Below, in pieces: positions 49,101 through 62,331 of a stretch of 64,000 nucleotides of DNA. Origin of the DNA: Cycas panzhihuaensis (lineage: Eukaryota; Plantae; Cycadophyta); contig CM041465.1 of the NCBI GenBank assembly GCA_023213395.1, forward strand, positions 49,607,741 through 49,671,740. Direction: 5' to 3'. The notes beneath the pieces are model-generated. The model had not been told where the DNA came from. It searched no databases and was given only the letters and a program-made list of their open reading frames with translations. The position numbers were made by a program, and so were the translations under genes. Each line of letters begins with the position of its first letter. The first letter of the stretch is position 1.

Positions 49101-52100
49101 CTTACTATAATTCCATATTAGCCTCTTCCCTCTTTGAATATCTGCTCTCCTTTATGGGCATTGGTAAGGATAATGTCCTAGCTGACCACAATGATAACAT
49201 ACATCAAATGCTCTGCACGAACTTGAGAAATGACCAGGCTTACCACAGTTAAAGCACACCCTTGCATCTCTTGGTGGATTCATGTGCCCACGACCCCTGT
49301 TCTCTGACCATCTTCCTCGTGATAGGTTCCTAATTTTTGGAGTTCATCCTCTTCCTCTAAATTGGCCTCATCCTTTGGGTCTTATGTTTAATTTGGTCAT
49401 GAAGGCATCTTCTAATTTAGTTGTATCTTCATATCTTTTGTTTTTCTACTCCTATCTCAACAACAAACTAGTTACCTCATTAAGAGTCATCTGTTTTGAG
49501 GAGATACTCAATGATTTGCCTATATAATAGATGTTGGATTCTTTTGTTGATGATGCATTCTAGAATGAGTTAAAGTTGTGCCTCCTCATTTAAGATAGGT
49601 AATTTTGTTTGAACTTGTGCCTGCTACGCAATTACCCTCTTGAGACATGAAACATGAAAGACATTATGGATCCTTGATGGTTGTGGTAAGTCCAAGGCAT
49701 ATGCAATTTCACCAATCTTCTTGAGAATTTTGTAAGGTCCATAAAATCAGGGTTGTAATTTATGTTAAAATATAACATTTTATCCTAGGTTATAAGTTAA
49801 TATATTTATGTACTCTAATGTAACAGTTTGACACATGTCAGTTACAAGTTGGTTCTTAGGTGGTTACAAACCCTAATTGTATATATGTACTTACATCTCG
49901 AATAATGAATTGATTCATTCTCTCTTCTATCGTTGTGGATGTCCAACATGGTGTCAGAGCGGGATACCTTGACCTATGAAAGTGAAAGACTATCTTGAAG
50001 CCAGTAAAAGGAGTCTAAACTGAGATTTTAGAAGATCTAGAAGAGAAGAAGAAGATTCAAGAAGAGACTTAAAGAAGAAAAGTTCTAAGATCTCTAAAGA
50101 GTCTGAAGGAGGTCCAGATTAAAGCCATGCAAAACCAAAGGACGGATTCATATAGTTGTACGGATGAATTTTTTCAAATTCTCAGATCAAGACAAAACTT
50201 GACCAGAATATAGATTAGAGGATTCTAAGCAAGTTTTCCTTCTGTATCAAGTTAATCTGAGGTTGTTTTCAGCCAATTTTTGGCTAAAAACAAGTTTGCG
50301 CGGGTTTGCTCAATTAGAGTGAAAAATCTCTTATTTTCTGCAGCTTTTTCACTGAAGATCAAGTGCAAAAATTCTGTTACGATGTTTCGATCATCATTAG
50401 AGCAATTTCCATCCTTTTTTGTGGCTATTTTGTTTGATCTAAGCAAATTTCCTCTAAAACCCTAGTCACAAATTGTGCCTTTCAAGGTTGTTTTCTCTCT
50501 AATCTGAAGTTGTATCTCGAAACTAATCATAGATCCTAGTTTGCCTATGCAAGAGCTTTCATTCAAGGTATACTTTGCACTTGTCTGTACAACTTTTGTA
50601 CCGTACGAAAATATGTACAATCGTATAGCCTAGGGCTTCAGAAATTGTGCTCTTTGCTTGAAAATGGCTTCTTCCATCTTGGCCCTATCAGATAATGACA
50701 AATTCATTGATAACAATTATCACATATGGAAGATTAAATTAGAAACTCTCCTTAGGACCAAAAATGCCTGGAAAATTGCTATCGGAGATGAAGTCAAGCC
50801 TAAAGATGCAGGGGCTACCTAAACTAATTGGGAAGAAAGGGACAACACTGGAGTCATCATATTAAAACTATCAATATCTGATCCTCTTCTCATTTATGTT
50901 GAGAATCTTTACTCCACTACAAGCATTTGGAAGTATCTAGAGAACTTACATGGACAAAAGAATAGAGCTAAGATAATAGCTCTTAAAGAAGATCTATTCA
51001 AACTGCACATGAAGGAGTCAGAAACAATCACAGAGTTCCAGTGCAGGTGATCCAGTTATAGATCATGCATTAATAGAACTTGTGGTTAGCAAATTACCCA
51101 AGTCATTCGATGTTACAATAAACACCATTACTAATGCAAATCAAATAGCAACAATGACATTGGACATGTTGACAGGGCTACTGCTACAACAGGAACAAAG
51201 AAACAAATGATATGAAGATGTAGGAGAACTTGAAGATGCATTTGCATCCTGATTGAACCTAGGATCTAGAGGATGAAGTAGAGGAAGAGGAAAAGTTCCT
51301 AAAAGTCATACTCCATCATGTGGACGCTAGCAAGATTCAAGAGGACGAGGCCGTAACAATTCTTCAAGGATCTATTACACTTGCGGTAAGATCAGTCATT
51401 TTTCTAGTTCATGTAAAACCTTTGATATATGTTATCATTGTGACAAATCAGGACATTATCCATACCAGTGAAAGAAAGCAAACATCCAGAGAGGGGAGAG
51501 ACCTATGGGGAACTACAACAAAGAACAGGACGGTGATTATGATCATGATGAAGAGGAAGAAATAACATTTGTTGTTGCACTAATAGCAAGCCTCTAGGAC
51601 AAGGACATTTGGTACATCGATTCAAGAGCATTACGTCACATGACCAGTCGAGAAGAATGGTTTGAGAATCTGTAACCATATACTACTGATAAATCAGTAG
51701 AACTGGGAGACAAATACTCTCTTGAAATAAAAGGAGTTGGAACCATTGTTGTCAAGATAAAAGACAGAATTGAGAAAATCAGAAATGTACTTTTGGTGCC
51801 AGGCTTAAAAATGAATCTTTTATCTATTTCCCGACTTAAAAAGAAAGGGTTAAACACTACATTTCATGAAAAAGGTTTTTGTTATATTTTTGATATGAAG
51901 AATTATGGAAATGTAATCGCAAAAGGGGTTGAAAGCAATGACCTATATAGGTTGCTATCACACCCTATTTTGCCTGATGTAAAAGCTTATACTACTGTAA
52001 GTCATAATGATAAAATGTGGCATTTGAAGTACGGTCATCTTCCCATAAAAAAATAAAAAAATATGGAGAAGAAAAGTTTAGTGATTGGTTTACCTCATAT

Positions 52101-52535
52101 CACATCAAGTAATTTTATATGTAAAAGTTGCCAATCTGGCAAACAACACAGACTGCCATTTCAAGAAAGCAAATGGCGAGCCCAAAAAAAAGTTAGAACT
52201 AGTACATACAAACCTATGTAGTCCTTTCACTATGCACTCAATCAATGGAAGTAGATACTTCCTCAGCTTCATAGATGATTTGATCAAGAAAATCTTGATT
52301 TATTTTTTGCGTGCTAAATCAAAAGTTTTTGGTGTATTCAAAGAATTTAAGGCTGAAACTGAATTAAAAACTAATGTCAAAATCAAATATATAAGGTCTG
52401 ATGGCAAAGGTGAATATATCTCCAAAGAATTTTTAGAGTGTTGTAAAACCAGAGAAATACGAAGATAATTTCCAACACCTTATACGCCCCAATCTAGTAG
52501 GGTTGCAGAAAGAAAAAATAGAGTCATCTTGGACA

Positions 52536-55500
52536 TGAAAGAAGGATGGATCTAGGGAATAAATCACTCACAGGCACACAATGGCAATGGAGAATGAAAA
52601 AAAGATGAAACAAGATATGAGAGCAAAGCTTAGAGGTGAGAATGAATAATGACTCCCTCCTTGAGATTTCGCCTTTTATTATTGAGAGTGAGCATTAGGG
52701 TTAGGATTTTCCCCCCTAATGACATGAACCCGAAATTACATCTAAATGCACATAAAATACATTTCACTAAGAGACTAATGTTAACAATATATCCTAAGGT
52801 CACTTAATTAATCTACACAAATAACCTTGATACATTAACCTCTTTCAATCCCCCTCTTAATGGTGGAAGGTCATTTTGAGAAAATCTATTCTATGAGATC
52901 TTCATTTGAGCCTCATTATTACATTGAAATTCTAAATGATACTTTGTGGGAAAACTCTCATGGGGAATAAAAACCCATAGACTTTGTAAGATCTATAGCC
53001 CCTTTTATAAATCAAAATGGCTAAGGTGGCTCTTTGATGTAGCCTGATAGCTAAGCAGCTTAAATGTGCAACTTAATCTACTAAGTCTCTATATATTATT
53101 TGGTCGTCCCCTATGCTCTTTCGGGTTTTCACAGGTTTTGATTTTCCAAAACTAGTATGACTCTTATCTTTCCATGCCCACATGGAGTTTTCATAAATAG
53201 GATGGAGAAGAGACTTACTCTTATTCTTCCACGCCCACAAGGGGTTTTCACGAATAGAATAGAGTATGATAATCCTATTGCCATCTTCTTTGATCAGTCG
53301 AAGATGGAGGCCCTAAGGCTGAGTCGCCTTTGAAACTGTTCAAACTTCAACTTTTGCAGCAGTTTGGTGAAGATATCGGCCACTTCATCTGCTATGGGGC
53401 AGTATTCCAGTTGAATTGTGCCGTCATGAACAAGTTCTCTAATCCTGTGGACTTTCATACTTATGTATTTGGTATGATCATGAAATACAAGATTTTTCGC
53501 CACGTGGATTGCTGATTGATTATCCACACAAAGGCTAGTAGGACTTGTTTGGGTTATATTCAAAGTTTCCAATAATTTTCTAAGCCCTATCAGCTCCTTG
53601 TCGGTCTCGTATAAAGCAATGTATTCATTTTCAAGAATTGAATCAGCAACTATCTTCTGCCATCTGGATCTTCATGATATTGGTACTGTTCCAAGAAACG
53701 TTACATACCTAGACATAGATCTTCCTGTATCTTTATCTCCTACAAAGTTTGAGTCTATGTATATAGAAAGCTTAAATTCATTATTAGGTTCATACAACAG
53801 ACCAAATTTGCGGGTTGTCTTTAGGTATTTTAAGATTCGAACTGCAGTCTGCCAGTGATTCTGCTTAGGATTTGTCATGAATCGTGCAAGAATGCCGACA
53901 GAGTGTGCAATATTTGGCCTTGTATTGGTAGTGTAGGTGAGACTACCTACAAGTTTCCTATAGAGTGTTGTGTCTACTTCCTTAGAGTCGCCATTAGCTG
54001 ATAGTTTGGTATTAGGGTCCATAGGTAAAGTCACTAGTCGAGCATCTTCTAACTGAAACTTGGTTAAAAGATCGTTGATATATTTTTCTTGGGAGAGGAA
54101 AATTTTTCCATTCTTTTGTGTTACTTCATTTCCCAAGTAATATTTCATCAAATCGAGGTCAGACAATTCGAACGTTTTGCAAAGGTCCTTTTCCAGCTGG
54201 TTTATTGCCTGTTCATTGTTACCTGTTACTAGCATGTCATCCACAAAGACTATGAGAAAAGTGACTTTGTCCTTTTGGCACTTGATGAACAATGTTGCAT
54301 CAATATCTTGGTAATCACAAACCTTGTATCAAAGTTGCCTCATTCTTTCAGGCAACTTGGCAAACCAAGGACGAGGGGCTTGTTTAAGGCCATACAAGGA
54401 CTTTTTGAGCCTGCAAACCTTATGCTCTTGACCTTCGATCTCGTATCCTTCTGGCTGAGCCATGTAAATTTCTTCTTCAAGATCTCCACTGAGAAATGCG
54501 GTCTTAATATCGAACTGGTGGATTTTCCAACCCTGTTGAGCAGCTAAGCCCATAAGAGTTCTAATTGTAGGCCACTTAGTTGTACGTGCAAAGACTTCAA
54601 TGTAGTCAATGCCTTCCCTTTATATGAACCTTTTAGCTACCAACCTCGCCTTGTGTTTTTCAAGGGTGCCATCTGATCTATATTTGTTTTTGAACACCCA
54701 TTTATTTTGAACTACCTTTCTACCAAGTGGTAGATCAATGAGCTCCCATGTACCATTTTTTATGAGAGATTGGTATTCTTCGTTCATTGCATTTCTCCAG
54801 ACTGTATGTTTTATAGCTTCCTGGTACGAGAAGGGCTCTTCATTAAGGGTAAGGTGCAGTTCTTCCAGTTCAAGCTCAGTATATAATGATTCCTACATCC
54901 TCGCTCTGTGGGCACTTCGAGTGCCAGTTTTGCCAACCTCATCTAGTCATACGTCCTTATTGAGCTGGCAGGCTTCTCGAGATCCTGGAGTTGGGAATGA
55001 TGTCCTCATTTCCTCAACTTCTTGGTTCTCATCTTGTTCATTAAAATGATCATTTTGTGAGGAGGATGTTGACGCATCTGAGAAAGATGGTCCTTCTACC
55101 ACTGTTTTGCCTCTATCAATTGAAGGTGGAGAGAATGATTCTTCTATAATAGCTTTGCCTTTGTCAACTCTGCTATCTTTAAAGGATAGTGTTGGATGTG
55201 CACTCATTGGTTCATAGTCACAACTTATATCCTCCAAGGCTCTATTAACAACTTCTAATATTTAGAGTAATTTATGTGTGTCCCCCCCCCCCTCAAATTT
55301 TGGGATTTGAACATCATACTTGATAACATCATTGTAGTGGCGTGAGGGTATTTTAGAGTCCAGTCTAAGTAACTGATCCTCTATCTCTGCAAAAATGACA
55401 TCTCTCGTAACGATAATTTTTCTTTATGAAGGTATAAAGACCTTATACCCTTTCTTATCCATAGGGTATCCAACAAAGATGCCTTTAAGTGCCCTTGACT

Positions 55501-58500
55501 GGAGTTTATTTCAATCTGCATTGAGAATGTTGGCATAGCATGTAGGGCCAAAAATTTTAAAGTAGTGAACAATGGGGGCTTGTCCTGACCACTTTTCATT
55601 AGGTGATTATCTTTCCTTTGATGGGCTAACAGCATTGATACAATAAACAATTGTCCGAATGGCTTCAGCCCATAGGTAGGTAGGTATATTTTTGTATACC
55701 AACATAGCTCGAGCCATGTTCATGATTGTCTTGTTCATGCACTCAGCAACTCAGTTTTGTTGTGGAGTACCTACTATTGTTGTTTGATGTTTGATGCCAT
55801 TGTTTTGAAGGTAACTTTCAAACTCATGTGAGGTATATTTGCCACGATTATCAGTTTGAAGACATTTGAGTTGATAACCTAACTCTTTTTCAGTACGGTC
55901 TTTGAATTTTTTTAATACATGGAAGGCTACATCTTTCTTGTGTACAAAAGCTACCCATACTTTCCTAGTGAAATCATCAATGAAAGAGATGTAATATAAC
56001 TTGCCCTTCAGTGAAGGAATAGGCATTGGTCTGCACAGATCAGAGTGTACCAATTGTAATGGATGGTTCGATTTCCACTGACTTTTGAGAAAGGGCTGTC
56101 GATGAGATTTGGCAATGATACAAGTTTCACATTTGAAGGGCTTGGAGCAAAACTTTGGAAGACTTGGAAGAGTGTTACAAAGATCTCTAAGCTATCAATA
56201 TGAACATGGCCCATGCAAGCATGCCAAAGAGCTTCTAGTGACAACGTTGGGTGGGTTAGGATGGTGTTAAATGCAAATTCTTCATTGGCACAAGGGCTTT
56301 AGGTACAATAGGCTTCAAAAAATGGAGAGCCATTCAGATGAAAGAGTTTGCGAGTGAGATGTCCAGTCAAGAACACTCAATCAGTTGGACGATGAATGAC
56401 CTGGAGAGTCTAGTCATTTGTGGCTACACTTAGATTAAATCCACGAGAGACAAGTGTGGATAAGAAGAGCAGATTTTGTTTGAGATTGGGTATGTATAGG
56501 ACATCAAACAATGTAAAATCTCTTAAGCCTGGGAGTTTCAGGCGAATGTTACAAATTCCTTCAACAAGTTGTTGTGATTTATCAGCCATGTGAACAACTC
56601 CCTGAACGGTTGAGTCAAATGTTTGATTTAGACTATGATTGTACATCATATATTGAGTTGCTCTTGTGTCCATGATCCACTATCCATCAATTGAAGCCAC
56701 ACTATTTATAATTCCAATAGGGCTTGGCATTGGTGAAGGGAATTCAGAAGTGATATATCCACATCAAGCTTCAAAGTATCTCTGTGGTTGGTCAATGGCA
56801 TTTGATGTTGAAGATCTCTCAATTCTTTGAAAGTGTGCTTGTATAAAACCTGCACCACTAAAGGATTCTTCACAAATTTCTTCAACATTGTGAGCTCCAT
56901 GTTTTGGTTGAAATTTGGCCAACTTATAAGTGGCAATTCTGCAATCTTTTGCAAAGTGTCATTTGCAGTTACACTAATCGCACATAATAGTTTGATTGCC
57001 AGTCCCTGAAGAGGTATTAGTTTGGCCTGACTATCTTACATTTTGTTGAGATGGCCCTTGGTCTTAAGACTGTCGAGGCTATGACTGAGGGTTTAGTTGA
57101 CCTTGTGGATGATTTCCAATGTTTCTTCCTCTTGCTCTTGCTCGGTTGTTTTCTCTACCACAAGAGGGACCTTGATTTTTTGTGTAGCAAGATTCTTCTT
57201 CCACCTCAAAGGCTGCATTTGGAAGAGAGTCAGAGGCTACAAAGTTGGTATCAAAGGTCTTGTCAAATTCTACAAACTTCTCGACAAGTGCTTCAAAGTT
57301 GAGAGTCTTCAATGTTTCACTAGATTGAAGACTTCCAAGCAAGTTTTTATAATTAGGAACATGTAAGCATGATTGGATCAAGAATGCCAAAGTAATGTAT
57401 TAGGTCTTAAAGTCTTTGTCAATTTCCTATTTTATTGGTCAAAGGAGATTTATTCTCTCATGAGCTTGTCCCTTCTACATTTTTAATTTGTTCATTTTCA
57501 TAATAAGATGAACAAATTCTAAATCTGACTTGGTATCAAAGTTCTTCCTGAGAACTTCAAAGACCTTCCAGCCTGTATCATGTTGCTCTTTGTTAATCAA
57601 GTTATGCAAGGAATGATCAATAACTAACAGAATTCCTGCACGAATCTTTTCATCATCTATCTCCCATTGTAGTTTGGTTGCGGCATCTGTAGGAGTTGTT
57701 GGAGCGGTTCCACCAGAAGTAGGTGTTGTAGCTGTTGCAATTATGATGGGTGTAGGTTGCAAGTAGACTCTCCAAAGGCCTTCATACTTTGCAACATTTT
57801 TACTCTAGTGTACCACAAATCCTAATTTTCTTTGCCTTTTAATATGCAGTTGACATTCTGCTTGAATTGAGATGACATAGTGATGATGAAGAAGTAGAAG
57901 AGGTGATAGAAGCATGTGCCACTGACACGTGTGTCTAGTATACCTAATGTAGCAGGGATGTAGAAATGAATGCTATGATGAGAAGCAAGCAATGATTAAA
58001 TATTTTCAACAACTATGAAAAATAAGTATAAGCAATGATGCAAGAATGAGGCCTAATGTAGAGTTGACAAATAGTGGTGATGTGTCATGCCACTAACCTC
58101 TAACTTATGTCCAAATATAGATAAGGTTTCGATGCCTAAGGCTTCTAGTATATGATTAGGGCCTTCACTCACGATACCTGCACTTGCACTTGGTGATGAA
58201 ATCCAAGTCACAGTGGAACCCAGGTACTCCTGGTCCTCACCCAGTTCACTAGTGAGCAACTATATACCTCCTCCAAAGAGTCAAATGGTATGTGCGTATC
58301 CCACGGCTATGACGGATATTGGACCAGGTTAATTTTAATCTTGCATTAAGGTTTTCAGTTTTCCTGAGTGGTTATCAAGATTATCCTTGATTGGAGGATG
58401 TAGGTATGGCTAACCTGTCCCTCCACCACTATTCAGTTAAGACCAGACCCAGTGTAAAACTCACACCTCCCTTAGGGATTGGACTTTGGCCAATCATGGT

Positions 58501-58962
58501 CTATTTCAACTAAGGCGAGTGTGCACACAAATCAAGAACTGGCGGTATAAGTTGTATGGATGAGATTCCTTTTAGGAAATAATGTAAATTGTTTCCAAAT
58601 AACTTGAATTGAAAACTGAAATTGAAAGTCGCCAAATGTGCTTGCTTGCCTTTTGTGCTTGCTTTGTTGTTGTTGCTGCTTTATGTAATGCTTTATGCTA
58701 TGTGTGCAAATGAAAGAGCATGCTAGATTTAGCAGGGGAACCGGATGTTGGTTCTGACCCAAGGTTTCCCTTGCTTTAGTACAATGTTTCCAAATATATT
58801 TTTAAAATTTTCAATACAAAAGCCACCAAAGGGCCAAAAAGCAAATCAACTTGCCACTAAAATACTGATTTTTCTAAATCTAGATGCATACTATTTTGCC
58901 CTATTTTGTGATTTTTTTGTTTCTCGCAAAATTTACAAATAATAATAAATGGGCATATTTTC
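52536..58962 (-). mobile_element. Copia-4; 5' LTR and PBS deleted
   Basis: 3' LTR 52536-52847 (tgaaaga...tctttca) with PPT. RNase H/RT 53294-54800, integrase 55400-56250, protease WIMDTRATQYM (~56680), gag from ~57878, and a >1-kb leader. No second LTR. Confidence 0.92.
53158..53270. repeat. ~57-bp degenerate tandem repeat in the Copia-4 3' UTR
   Basis: actcttat..ttcca.gcccaca.gg.gttttca..aatag occurs twice. Confidence 0.75.
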
Positions 58963-61900
58963 TAAAAATCATATTGGGCCGAAGCAGTCAACACAACCTA
59001 TTACTTATTAAATAGAAGTCCAACAAAGGCAGTAGAACATCATGCTCCAGAAGAAGCATGGTACGGAAGGAAGCCTGACATAAGTCATCTGAAAGTATTT
59101 GGCAGCCAAGCCTTTGTTTACATTCCAGATAAGAAAAGAACCAAGCTAGATTCAAAAAGTTTAGAATGCATTATGGTTGGATATAGCAAAAACTCAAAGG
59201 CATACAAGTGTATAGATTCAGAAACCAACAAGGTATACGTAAGTCGAGATGTTGTCTTCAATGAGAAAGACAAAGAAGAAAGTACAAGGAAAATTCAGGT
59301 GATTGAAAGGACACCTCAAACAGCTCCACCATACACTCTTATGGAAGAGGAGTCTGACATAACCTCAGAAGAAATCTCAAAAGAGTCAGCTTCACCTCAA
59401 GAATCTTACTCAGATTCCACTCTGGAAATTGAAGAAGGCTCCTCAGAAAAATCAAAGGCTGAAGAAGAAAAGGAAAAGAAAGTTCCCAAATGGTATCTCA
59501 AAACTATAGAGGAAAGTAAAGGTGAAATACTTCCTCAAAGAACAAGAAGCCAAAAGCCGAGAGCTTTGTTCAGTAATGTAGAGCCACAATCTTTCACTGA
59601 AGCCAAAGATCATATAGAATGGAGGAAGTCCATGGATGCTGAGTTGGATTCAATAAACAAAAATTAGACCTGGGAACTAGTAGAGCTGCCATCAAATAAA
59701 TCAGTTGTAAACTGTAAATAGGCTTATAAAATCAAGAGTGGTCCTAATGGAAAGATTGAAAAATACAAGGCCAAACTAGTTGCAAAGGGATATACACAAA
59801 CTGTAGGTATAGACTATGAAGAAACCTTTTCTCCAGTAGCTAAATTAAACACAGTGAGAACAGTTATAGCCCTAGCAGTACAAAAGAATTGGAAAATATA
59901 TCAGCTAGATGTGAAAAGTGCTTTTTTGAATGGTGAAATTGAAGAAGAGGTATACATGTCTCAACCAAAGGGTTACATTAGACAAGAACAAGAACATTTA
60001 GTGTGTAAACTAAAAAAGGCTCTATATGGACTGAAACAGGCTCCCCGTATATGGTATACTAAGTTAGATAGCCATCTTTGCAAAAATGGCTTCCAAAAAA
60101 GCAGCTCAGACTCAAGTTTGTATGTAAAGAATAGAAATGGAGCAATAACTCTAATAGCAGTTTATGTAGATGACATGATCCTCACAGGTGATGATGATGA
60201 ATCAATATCTAGTATAAAGAAGCAACTAGAAAACAAATTTGAGATGACTAACTTAGGACTCCTCAATTACTACTTGGGAATCCAAATTGAGCAGTAGACT
60301 AATTTAGTTACTTTGTGCCAAAGCAAATACATCAAAGATTTGCTAACAAAGTTTAGAATGGACGAATGCAATCCTTGTTCCACTCTCATGGAAGTAAACC
60401 ACAATCTGGCTCCAGATGAAGGAGAATCTTGCATTGATACTACTCTATGTAGACAACTCGTTGGAAGTCTCATCTATCTCACCGTAACCAGACCTGACAT
60501 CTTGTATACCGTGAGTATAATATACAGATACATGCATGAGCCAAGAACAAGACATTGGAATGCTGCAAAAAGAATTCTGAGATATCTTAAAGGAACAACT
60601 GAATTTAAGTTAATGTTTCCAAAGGAGACATCGCACCAACTAATAGGATTTTATGATTTAGATTGGGCAGGTGATAAGGAACAAAGAAAATCAACTAGTA
60701 AGTATTGTTTCTTTCTAGGATCCTCACCAATCTCTTGGAGTATTAAAAAACAAGCCATTATAGCACTTGTCATCAATAGAAGCAAAGTACAAATCAGCAG
60801 TCAGTGCAGTAACTGAAGCAGTTTGGTTCAGACAACTAATGAAAGATCTGAAAGCTCCTCAAAAGTTGGCAACAACACTTTATTGCGATAATTATAGTAC
60901 AACCAAGCTCACCAAAAATCTAGTGTTCCATGCCAGAACCAAACACCTTGAAGTTCAACATCATTTTATTAGGGAAGAAGTTCAAAACAGAAAAATAGAT
61001 CTTGTCTATTGTCCCACAAATGAACAAGTGGCTAATATATTGACCAAACTGCTAGGAAGAGATAGATTTCAAATATTTAAAGACAAAATAAGATTAATTG
61101 GATAAAACATTAAGAGAGGGTGTTAGAATATAATGTTTTATCCTAGGCTATAAGTTAATATATTTATGTACTCTAATATAACCGTTTGACACATGTCGGT
61201 TACAAGTTGGTTATAGGGTGGTTACAAACCCTAATTGTATATATGTACTTGCATCTCAAATAATGAATCGATTCAATCTCTCTTCTATCGTTGTGTATGT
61301 CCAACAATTTCTGTTGCCCATCCCTTTTGAGAGACGCTTGCTTAGATGGTTGCAATCGTAAGTATACCCAATCACTTAGTTGAAATGCTTTTTCACTTTG
61401 CCCTTTATCTGCCTGTTGTTTCATTTGATTTTGTGTAAGGTTTAGATTTTCCTTGAGTAGCTTGAGAATCTCTGTTGTTTGGTTGATGTGGTCCTCGACT
61501 GCTTGAACCTTAGAATTGATTATGGTATAATTATTAAGTGTGGGTGGTTCATAGCCATATAATGCTTGGAGTGGAGTCATTCCCACTGATGCATGCTTCG
61601 TTGTACTAGACCACCATTCTGCTAAGGGAAGCCAATGATGCCACTGGCCCTGCTATTTTGAAGCATAACAACGAAGGCATCCTTCAAGGCACTTATTAAC
61701 CACCTTAGTTTAACCATCTGTTTATGGATGGTAGGATGAGCTCATTGTCAGTTTGGTATCGAGTAAATGGAAGAGTTTTGTCCAAAAGTTACTAGTGAAC
61801 TTTGAGTCTCAATCATTGACTATGTGTTTGGGCATCTCATGCAACTTGTGTATATCCTTTAAAAAGATCTCAACAATTTTCTTTGGGTTATATGTGGCTT

Positions 61901-62242
61901 GGATGCCACAGAAATGAGCATATTTAGTTAGCCTATTAACAACCACAAGTATATCATCTTTTCCTTCTAACTTGGGCAGACTCACGATGAAGTCCATGAA
62001 AATTTCTTTCCATTGTTCATTTAATATGGGAAGGGGTTGTAGCAATCTTGGGGACTTGACTGTTTCTGTCTTTTGTGGTTGACAAATTCCACATGAAGAA
62101 ACATATCGCTTTACATCCCCTTTTTGGCCCTTCCAAAAGAAAAAGTATTTAAAGCGGTGGTATGTCCATAGGAATCTCGAGTGACCTATTGTTGGGGAGG
62201 CATGCACATCATACAAAATTTGCTCTTTGAGGCTAGAGTGAG

Positions 62243-62245
<3 letters not shown>

Positions 62246-62330
<85 letters not shown>

Positions 62331-62331
62331 T
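62246..62331. repeat. (AT)~43 microsatellite inside the Gypsy-R pre-integrase coding region
   Basis: Direct reading of the sequence; one interruption. Confidence 0.97.

Larger units (their letters stand above)
36102..49495 (-). mobile_element. Copia-2, interrupted by Gypsy-B; 5' part absent from the window
   Basis: 3' LTR 36102-36299 with PPT (36300-36312). RNase H/RT at 36330-37221 resumes at 46829. Integrase ORF 48156-48899, protease WYIDFGASRHM (~48995-49030), and gag ending at a junction at ~49495. Confidence 0.92.
49763..61306 (+). mobile_element. Copia-3, full-length, interrupted by Copia-4
   Basis: 186-bp LTRs 49763-49948 and 61121-61306 (~15 differences). PBS tggtgtcagagc 49949-49960. 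TSD ATTTA/ATTTC. gag ATG at 50664. Integrase to 52535 resumes at ~58963 (KSYWAEAVNT). RT/RNase H 59660-61105, then a PPT. Confidence 0.96.
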
